From Bacillota bacterium (GTDB lineage Bacteria; Bacillota; SHA-98; UBA4971), in NCBI GenBank assembly GCA_024653485.1, contig JANLFY010000001.1:166160-230159 (forward strand): a DNA stretch of 64,000 nt, given 5' to 3'. A model generated the notes under the pieces. The model did not search any database and was not told the DNA's origin. It saw nothing but the letters and a program-made list of their open reading frames with translations. Made by a program: the position numbers and the translations under genes. Below, piece after piece: positions 56,965 to 64,000 of the stretch (positions within the stretch are counted from its first letter, which is position 1; each line of letters starts with the position of its first letter).

Positions 56965-58143
56965 ATGGCTGCGATGGAGAGGCGGCTGTCCGTGACGATG
57001 ATGACAAACGAATACCCGCCTAATGTGTACGGCGGAGCCGGGGTCCACGTGGACTACCTGTCGCGGGCGCTGGCGAAGACGGTGGACGTGGAGGTCAGGT
57101 GTTTCGGGGATGAACGCACGGGGCCGGAGGATATGACGGTGCGGGCTTATGAGCCGTGGGAGCTCGTGGCGAGAGACGGCGACCCGCGCTGCGCGAAGGC
57201 GCTCTTGCCGCTATCGACCAACCTCGCCATGGTGAAAGACCCGATCAAGTCCGACGTGGTCCATTGTCACACCTGGTACACGTTCATGGCGGGGTTCTAC
57301 GCGAAGGAGCTGTACGGGAAGCCGCTAGTCACCACAATCCATAGCCTCGAGCCGCTCCGCCCGTGGAAAGAGGAGCAGCTGGGTCCGGCATACAGGCTCA
57401 GCCGGTGGATGGAGCGCACCGGCGTGCTGGCGTCAGACAGGGTGATCGCGGTCTCGGAGGGGATGAAGAAAGACATCCTCAAGTGCTACACTATTCCAGA
57501 GGACCGCATCCGGGTCATCCACAATGGCATTGACCTCGACGAATATAAGCCAGTCCGCACGAACGACGCACGCCGCGAGTACGGCGTAGGCGACAAGTAC
57601 GTGCTCTTCGTGGGGCGGATGAGCAGACAGAAAGGGATAATCCACCTTCTCGACGCCGTCCCATACTTGCCCGAGGACGTCCAGATCGTGCTGTGCGCGG
57701 GCGCGCCTGACACAGAGGAGATAGAGCGTGAGGTGGTGGAGCGCACGGCGGGCAGGCCCAATGTCGTGCTGATCCGGGAGATGGTCCCAAAACGCAAGAT
57801 CATCGAGCTATATACTAACGCAGCCGTGTTCTGCTGCCCTTCCATTTATGAGCCGTTCGGCATAATCAACCTCGAGGCCATGGCGTGCGAGACTCCCGTT
57901 GTGGCGTCGGCCGTGGGCGGCATACCTGAGGTCGTGGTCGACGGAGAAACGGGGTTCCTGGTTGAGCCGGGCGATCCGCAGGCACTTGCCCGGGCTATAA
58001 ACACACTGCTCCGTGACGGTGAACTAGCCCGGTCCTTTGGTGCGGCGGGTCGAAAACACGTGGAGGCCCGTTTCAGCTGGGACGCCGTCGCCCTTAAGAC
58101 TAAAGACCTCTACGCTGAGCTGGTGGAGCCGTCGCACAGCTAG
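56965..58143 (+). CDS. GT4 glycosyltransferase, GlgM-like alpha-maltose-1-phosphate synthase
   Basis: EYPPNVYGGAGVHV, HCHTWY, HSLEPLRPWKEEQLG, YEPFGIINLEAMAC. Confidence 0.85.
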   Translation: MAAMERRLSVTMMTNEYPPNVYGGAGVHVDYLSRALAKTVDVEVRCFGDERTGPEDMTVRAYEPWELVARDGDPRCAKALLPLSTNLAMVKDPIKSDVVHCHTWYTFMAGFYAKELYGKPLVTTIHSLEPLRPWKEEQLGPAYRLSRWMERTGVLASDRVIAVSEGMKKDILKCYTIPEDRIRVIHNGIDLDEYKPVRTNDARREYGVGDKYVLFVGRMSRQKGIIHLLDAVPYLPEDVQIVLCAGAPDTEEIEREVVERTAGRPNVVLIREMVPKRKIIELYTNAAVFCCPSIYEPFGIINLEAMACETPVVASAVGGIPEVVVDGETGFLVEPGDPQALARAINTLLRDGELARSFGAAGRKHVEARFSWDAVALKTKDLYAELVEPSHS

Positions 58144-58255
58144 AGCGCGCCGGTCACTTGACCTGCCGCCCGCTGTCGCCCGCTGCCGCAGGTCGGGACG
58201 CGGCGCCTGTCTTTGTCGCCGCCCCCGAGGGCTTCTTCCGGTCTCCGGCTTCCGG

Positions 58256-60190
58256 CTATGGATTCGGCTCCGCGTGGGGCGCGGGCTCCTCCGGAGCGCC
58301 GGCCCGCGTCTGGGGGGCGTTCCCGGATTCGTTCCCCGATCCGGATTCGCGCCCGGCCGCGTCTTTCTCCCCGTTCGCGGGACTGACGCTAGTCCCGGCG
58401 CCAGCTCCGGCCCCAGCCCCGGTCTCCGCGGCGGTCTCTCTTGTTGCGCCGGGCTGCGCTCGCGCCTCCTCGGCCCCGGCCTCCATCCTCCATTCGAAGT
58501 AGCTCCAGATGCCTTTCGTGATTCCCCGGGCGGCCCTATCCCGGAAACCGGGGTCCATGAGGAGCAACTCCTCGGTGAGGTTCGACATGAAAACCACTTC
58601 GACCAGGCAGGAAGGCATCTTCGCCTCTCGGATGACGTACAGGTCGGGCCTCTCGCGTACCCCCCTATCCGGAAGGCCTATTGCCCTCACGAGGCTCGTC
58701 TGGACGTGCTCCGCGAGCCGACGGCTCATCGGAACGCTGGAGCAGAACAGCGTTTCAGTGCCTGACGACGTCTCAGTTCTTCCCGCGTTCGCGTGTACGC
58801 TGATGAAGATATCCGCGCGCTCCTCTGCAGCGACCTTCACGCGCTCGGGCAGAAAGACGCTCACGTCGTCGGTGCGCGTAAGTACGGCTTTGGCCCCCGC
58901 TTCGCTCAACATGGCGGCGACGCGCTTCGAGATGTCCAGGGTCACGGCTTTCTCCTGCAGTCCCGTCGCTCCGACCGCTCCGGGGTCACTGCCGCCGTGC
59001 CCGGGGTCTACTACTATCGTCTTCTTGTAGAGCGGCGACCGCGTAATCTCGACGGCGGTCTCGCCCCACGATCCGTCGGGCCCGAGTTCCCTGGGAGGCT
59101 CATAGTGGCCCACGTAATATGGTAGGTCCACGACGACCCTCACGGTCATGGGTCCAAACTGGGCGAGGCGAATCCTTTCGATGGTGCCGTCTCCCACTTC
59201 GACGGAACCTTCGGGCGCGTCAAGCACGGAGTCCTCGAAATCCATGACGAGCCTATGCGGTTCTACGAGGCGCGTGATCTTCGCCGGCGGGAGGCCGGTG
59301 GACTTCACTGTCACGCGTGTGGACTTGAGGTGAGTGGCGAAGGCCGCGCCCAGGATGCGGTGGCCGAAGTCGACCACAACCTCGCCCGGCCTGTCTGACG
59401 AAGTGAACACGGAGTATGTCGTCTCCTTGGCGAGGTCAACGACTACGCGCACGGTGTCCGGTGAGTGTTGGCTCGCTCGGATCTGCCTTGCTATTCCGTG
59501 GGACACGGGCATGGGGCCGGGGTTGCCTACGAGAACGGCACCGGGCAGGTCCACGACGATCCTCGGAGGATCGATGAGGATGGAGGTCTTGTACTTGAGC
59601 TTGCCCGTGCCTTTCACGATGGCCTCGGCACGGCCATCCACCTCGCGGAATTCCAGCCCCGTCACACGCTGGGGAAACGTGATGACGATTTCGTGGGGGT
59701 TCTCCTCCGGCGAAGTCACCGAGTGGGCGGATTCCTGGCACAGGTCTATCACGAGTCGCACGACGTTCGAGCTGAACTGGGCGACTCGCACCTTGTCCAC
59801 TATGCCGTCTCCCACCTGGAGTGGCTCGGGCCGCGACGGCAGCACTGCTCCTTCTATGTCGACGACCAGTCGCGCCGGGTCCTTGAGGAGGAACGACTTC
59901 CATGTTGGCTTTCCAGGGCCCTCCAGCGACACTCTCACCGTTCCGTGCCCTTCCACGTCAGCGTAGGTCACCGCGAGAACGCGTACGGTGGGCTTTTCCT
60001 GGTTTAGTTGAGGCGTCACAGCGGGCGCTGAGGCGTGTGCTCGCGAGGCAGGCGTGACGAAGCCCGCCACTATGGACACGAACGCGGCGAGGACGAGCGG
60101 AAGCGGCCAGTTGTTGCGGCAGCGTGGGAGTCTCAACTCTTGGCCTCCAACCATTCGACTGCTATCAGGACCTCTTTCGACTCCGTTCAA
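58256..60190 (-). CDS. N-acetylmuramoyl-L-alanine amidase (Amidase_3) with three AMIN domains
   Basis: Three P.RxVxD / RxxQ..xVRxVxD repeats; DPGHGGSDPGA, EK, SVHAN, LVEV; start uncertain (60154 alternative). Confidence 0.9.
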   Translation of the reverse strand: MNGVERGPDSSRMVGGQELRLPRCRNNWPLPLVLAAFVSIVAGFVTPASRAHASAPAVTPQLNQEKPTVRVLAVTYADVEGHGTVRVSLEGPGKPTWKSFLLKDPARLVVDIEGAVLPSRPEPLQVGDGIVDKVRVAQFSSNVVRLVIDLCQESAHSVTSPEENPHEIVITFPQRVTGLEFREVDGRAEAIVKGTGKLKYKTSILIDPPRIVVDLPGAVLVGNPGPMPVSHGIARQIRASQHSPDTVRVVVDLAKETTYSVFTSSDRPGEVVVDFGHRILGAAFATHLKSTRVTVKSTGLPPAKITRLVEPHRLVMDFEDSVLDAPEGSVEVGDGTIERIRLAQFGPMTVRVVVDLPYYVGHYEPPRELGPDGSWGETAVEITRSPLYKKTIVVDPGHGGSDPGAVGATGLQEKAVTLDISKRVAAMLSEAGAKAVLTRTDDVSVFLPERVKVAAEERADIFISVHANAGRTETSSGTETLFCSSVPMSRRLAEHVQTSLVRAIGLPDRGVRERPDLYVIREAKMPSCLVEVVFMSNLTEELLLMDPGFRDRAARGITKGIWSYFEWRMEAGAEEARAQPGATRETAAETGAGAGAGAGTSVSPANGEKDAAGRESGSGNESGNAPQTRAGAPEEPAPHAEPNP

Positions 60191-60555
60191 CAATTTCCTC
60201 TTCCACTGCGTGAATCCTCCCCTGGAAGAGCACATAGCAGGCAGAGCCTCGCCGCGTCGGGCGGCGAGCCGCCGCGGAGACGAGGTCGCAGGTGCCCGCA
60301 TCGCGCACGCATGCGTTGCCGGGATCCGGATGGACGGGCTGGGGGCATGGACAGGCTGGAGGCGGGACACCGCGACTGACCGCTGGACCGGTCGGAATGT
60401 CCCGGCACGGGACTCCAGACCCGCCTACTCGGGTATCCCCCGGTTGCGCCGGGAACCACACGCGCAAGGCGACCACATAGGCGCCTCCGCTCTACGCTGT
60501 GTGCGTCTTCACTTCCCCTAGACGTGCCGGTAATATCATGCTTGAGGTGAGCGGG

Positions 60556-60954
60556 TTGGACGGAGGTTTCGAGCACACGGGCGGCCGCATCAGAAGACTT
60601 CGCCGCTTGAGACGCATGACCCAAGAAGACCTAGCTGAGCTCGCCGGCCTCCACGTCAGCTACGTGGGACAGCTCGAAAGAGGCCAGAGAACCCCGTCTG
60701 TCAAGACCCTCGACGCAATTGCCAAGGCCCTCCAGGTCGACCCGGCGCTTCTAGTAAAGTCTCTCGGAGACGACGAATCCCCGGTGGAAGATCTCCTCAC
60801 CCTCGTCGCGGGGGCTTCGCCAGAGCAGGTCCAGCTCATCACGAGGATAGCGGAAACCGTGCTCTCTTCGGGATACAGGCTGGAGACCCGCGCGAGGAAC
60901 GAAAGGTCGTCGGATCTTCCCGCAAACACCCCTGATGACAAGCCCGCGAAGTAA
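60556..60954 (+). CDS. XRE-family HTH regulator
   Basis: GGRIRRLR..TQEDLAELAGLHVSYVGQLERG. Confidence 0.88.
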   Translation: MDGGFEHTGGRIRRLRRLRRMTQEDLAELAGLHVSYVGQLERGQRTPSVKTLDAIAKALQVDPALLVKSLGDDESPVEDLLTLVAGASPEQVQLITRIAETVLSSGYRLETRARNERSSDLPANTPDDKPAK

Positions 60955-61007
60955 CTGGCTTTGCGCGTCCCCGTTTCCCTGCTTTCACTCCTTTCGCTGC
61001 ACCGGTG

Positions 61008-61037
61008 TTGCGGTGACGGTTTGAGCATGCATATAAT
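61008..61037 (+). promoter_or_regulatory. sigmaA-like promoter of murI-rph-rdgB
   Basis: TTGCGG-18nt-TATAAT. Confidence 0.5.
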
Positions 61038-61070
61038 AAGCATCGCAGCATCGTGTGGGAGGCGACCCGG

Positions 61071-61889
61071 GTGGATTCAAGGCCTATCGGCGTGTTCGAT
61101 TCCGGCGTGGGGGGCCTCACTGTGGTACGCGAGGTGTGGCGGAAGCTCCCGAAAGAACGCGTTCTCTACTTCGGCGACACAGCGCGAGTGCCCTACGGTG
61201 GACGACCCGCAGCGGAGATAGAGGTATTCGCGAGAGAGATCATCTCTTACCTACGGAAGCTCGGAGCAAAGTTGGTCATAGTTGCGTGCAACACGACTTC
61301 AGCCCTCGCGCTCGACGAAGTTGGGCGAGAATTCGACGTGCCGCTCGTGGGGGTGCTGAGGCCGGGTGCTCGCTCCGCGGTGAGCGCGACGCGCGCCGGC
61401 AGGATAGGAGTGATCGCCACGGAGGGAACTACGAGGAGCGGCGCGTACGAGCGAGCAATAAGGGAGCTGATGCCCGAGGCGGCCGTCTTCTCCAAAGCAT
61501 GCCCGATGTTGGTCCCTCTCATAGAAGCCGGGCGGACTTGCTCGCGCGAAGCCGAGGAGGCGCTCCGCGACTACCTTGCCCCCCTCCTGGAGTCCGACAT
61601 CGACACTCTCGTGCTCGGATGCACTCACTATCCCTTCCTGGAGGACGCGATCAGGCGGATCGTGGGGCCGGACGTCACCATAGTTGACCCCGCGGGAGAG
61701 ACAGTTGAGGTTGCGTCAGTCCTACTACGCGACCTAGGCCTCTCGAGTCATGAGAGGACCGGACCCGACCAGTTCGCGGTGAGCGGAGATCCTGAAGGAT
61801 TCACCCGTGTCGCGGAGAAACTACTGGGGAAGCGGTTGCCGCGGGCCGCCAAGGTGGACCTACGAGAAAGCTCGATCAACCGGGGCTGA
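61071..61889 (+). CDS. murI: Glutamate racemase
   Basis: FDSGVGGLT, VACNT, LGCTHYP. Confidence 0.96.
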   Translation: MDSRPIGVFDSGVGGLTVVREVWRKLPKERVLYFGDTARVPYGGRPAAEIEVFAREIISYLRKLGAKLVIVACNTTSALALDEVGREFDVPLVGVLRPGARSAVSATRAGRIGVIATEGTTRSGAYERAIRELMPEAAVFSKACPMLVPLIEAGRTCSREAEEALRDYLAPLLESDIDTLVLGCTHYPFLEDAIRRIVGPDVTIVDPAGETVEVASVLLRDLGLSSHERTGPDQFAVSGDPEGFTRVAEKLLGKRLPRAAKVDLRESSINRG

Positions 61890-61978
61890 CGTGCTCGAGG
61901 TTCACTCAGGGGCAGGTCTGGCTGGAGCGCGGCATAGGCCGGTCTTTCTGAAGGGAGACATGGGGAGGCGGTCGCGAC

Positions 61979-62761
61979 GTGCCAAGGCGAGACGATAGAG
62001 CTAGCAGTGAGATCCGTCCGGTCAAGATCACGAGGGGATACATGAAATACGCTGAAGGCTCGGTGCTCATTGAGGTGGGGGACACCCGGGTCGTGTGCAC
62101 GGCCACCATCGAGGATCGCGTGCCCCAATTCCTGAAAGGGCAGGGCAAAGGGTGGGTGACCGCTGAGTACGGAATGCTACCCAGGGCTACGAGCGAGCGA
62201 AATCCGCGGGAGGCCACGAAGGGAAGGTCGGGAAGGACCTACGAGATTCAGAGGTTGATAGGGCGGGCGCTGCGGGCAGTTGTGGATCTCGAGAGCATCG
62301 GCGAGCGCACCGTGTGGATAGATTGCGACGTGATACAGGCAGACGGAGGCACCCGCACTGCCGCCGTCACCGGGTCTTTCGTGGCTCTCGTGGAGGCTCT
62401 CTCCCGCCTGACGTGCGGCACGGGCGACGGTGCGCGCGGGGACTCGAGAGAAGGCGCCGGGGAAGCGATGCCCGGACATTTCCCAGTAAGAGACTTCATC
62501 GCGGCCACAAGCGTCGGCATCGTCGATGGCGAGCTTGTCGTGGACCTTTCCTTCGACGAAGACTCCCGCGCGAGCGTGGACATGAACGTGGTCATGACGG
62601 GGGGCGGCAAGCTGGTGGAGATCCAAGGAACCGCAGAGGGTAGCCCGTTTTCGAGGGCGGATCTCGATCGCATGCTGAGGCTTGCCAAGAGCGGCATCGA
62701 CACCCTCATAGCGATCCAGCGGGACGTCCTCGAGGACTTGGCGGGCAAGGTGGGCCGTTGA
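61979..62761 (+). CDS. rph: Ribonuclease PH
   Basis: [41 protein letters not shown]. Confidence 0.96.
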   Translation: MPRRDDRASSEIRPVKITRGYMKYAEGSVLIEVGDTRVVCTATIEDRVPQFLKGQGKGWVTAEYGMLPRATSERNPREATKGRSGRTYEIQRLIGRALRAVVDLESIGERTVWIDCDVIQADGGTRTAAVTGSFVALVEALSRLTCGTGDGARGDSREGAGEAMPGHFPVRDFIAATSVGIVDGELVVDLSFDEDSRASVDMNVVMTGGGKLVEIQGTAEGSPFSRADLDRMLRLAKSGIDTLIAIQRDVLEDLAGKVGR

Positions 62762-62762
62762 C

Positions 62763-63428
62763 ATGTCTCGACTCGTGCTTGCCACCAAGAATCCCGGGAA
62801 AGTCGAGGAGATGCGCGAAATCCTCGAGGCGAGTGGGCTTGGAGACCTCCAGATACTCTCGTGCGCTGACTTCCCCTGGGTCAGCGATGTGGAGGAGGAC
62901 GGCGAAACTTTCGTTGAGAACGCGATGAAGAAAGCCCTCGCCGTGTCGAAGGCTACAGGAGAGGTTGCGCTCGCAGATGACTCGGGGCTCGAGGTCGACG
63001 CCCTCGGAGGCGCCCCGGGGGTAAGGTCCGCGAGGTTCGCCGGGGAGTACCTCCCTGCGGGAGCGTCCCGCGACAAGGCCAATTGCGACAAGCTGCTCTC
63101 ACTCCTCGAAGGCGTGCCAGTTCGTGAGAGGACCGCACGCTTCCGGTGCGTCGTGGCTGTGGCGTCCCCCTTAGGACAGATGCGGACAGCGGAGGGTGAA
63201 TGCGCGGGCACAATAGCCTTCGAGCCCCGCGGGTCTAGCGGGTTCGGGTACGATCCGATCTTCGTGCCCGAAGGTTATGAAGCGACCTTCGGCGAACTCG
63301 GGTTCGAGGCGAAGAACCAAATCAGCCACCGAGCTAGGGCTCTCAGGGCTGCCGTCCCCGCAGTGCGCGACCTCGTTGGGTTGAACGCGCTGAAACGCTC
63401 CAGGCAAGCTCCGGAAGAAGCCAAGTGA
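62763..63428 (+). CDS. rdgB: Non-canonical purine NTP pyrophosphatase
   Basis: ATKNPGK, ADDSGL, PGVRSAR, GFGYDP, SHR. Confidence 0.95.
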   Translation: MSRLVLATKNPGKVEEMREILEASGLGDLQILSCADFPWVSDVEEDGETFVENAMKKALAVSKATGEVALADDSGLEVDALGGAPGVRSARFAGEYLPAGASRDKANCDKLLSLLEGVPVRERTARFRCVVAVASPLGQMRTAEGECAGTIAFEPRGSSGFGYDPIFVPEGYEATFGELGFEAKNQISHRARALRAAVPAVRDLVGLNALKRSRQAPEEAK

Positions 63429-63527
63429 TGCCAGAACTGCGTGCGTGGGGCTGGCGTCCGTCCACGGGACGTGCAAGATTAGGCGTGAGACCTAGTGGAC
63501 CGGGACGTGGGAAGACCCGGTCAGCCT

Positions 63528-63556
63528 TTGACTTTCCGCGGCAATTGCTGTAGAAT
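63528..63556 (+). promoter_or_regulatory. sigmaA promoter of tRNA
   Basis: TTGACT-17nt-TAGAAT. Confidence 0.7.
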
Positions 63557-63591
63557 CTTACCTTGAGAAAACATCGAGCATCGCTGGAGTT

Positions 63592-63669
<78 letters not shown>

Positions 63670-63951
63670 TCTTTATCTCTCCGCTCATCCGTCTCGCCTG
63701 TCATCCATCCCGCCTCGTATTCCGTGTGCTCGACAAGCCTGATCCTCGTCTTTCCCGAATCCTCGAATCTTGAGAGCGTGGTCAGCCTTTGGCTGTGACC
63801 GGGCGCGTTGAGCCGTCCGGATCAAGGCTGTGGAGTTCACGTCACCGCGCGCCCTGACGCAAAGTTCGCCCTCCCGTCGGCAGGGGAAAACATCGTGGCG
63901 CAGAATCAAATTGAGAGGAAGGTTTCCATTACTTACGTAGGAGGGGTGCTG

Positions 63952-64000
63952 ATGGCTTCGTTGTCACTGCGTTCCAAGAGGATCGCGGGCGTCGGGGTAC
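63952..64000 (+). CDS. Start of a CDS running off the window (MASLSLRSKRIAGVG...)
   Basis: SD AGGAGG before ATG. Confidence 0.45.
   Translation, partial: MASLSLRSKRIAGVGV

Noticed and set aside
63670..64000. Integrative element at tRNA-Pro
   Set aside because: No integrase or duplicated tRNA 3' end within the window

Overview
High-GC (~64% by eye) chromosomal window with no mobile element, prophage or CRISPR array. It most likely comes from an anaerobic, spore-forming Bacillota with an outer membrane: there are sigmaE/sigmaK-like promoters and pdaB, but the solute-binding proteins are not lipoproteins and the amidase has AMIN domains. In order it holds: a MATE fragment; mgtE behind a leader-peptide/attenuator-like 5' region; a beta-CASP nuclease, pdaB, OsmC and thiolase; a dispersed flavinylation/Listeria-type EET gene set (two-site FMN-binding protein, polyprenyl synthase, Gx, NusG-II, ApbE, Ndh2-DoxX); a triple-HTH regulator; a liv ABC operon; and an orphan Na+-decarboxylase beta/gamma pair. 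Next is a ~21.5 kb co-directional cluster (TAXI-TRAP, malic enzyme, HdrC/B/A, tandem double HdrA, MvhD, FdhB/FrhB-like, anchor-less fumarate reductase B/A, KorDABC, SucCD), the best candidate for an uncharacterised system: a soluble Hdr-coupled, probably electron-bifurcating fumarate reductase. Then comes a putative sigmaK module with three unannotated paralogous 35-37 aa membrane peptides and two serine proteases. The window ends with plsY, DUF362, maltokinase plus GlgM-like, an AMIN amidase, an XRE regulator, murI-rph-rdgB and tRNA-Pro(UGG). All calls come from reading motifs by eye, with no database search, and many start codons were re-picked by Shine-Dalgarno (SD) position.
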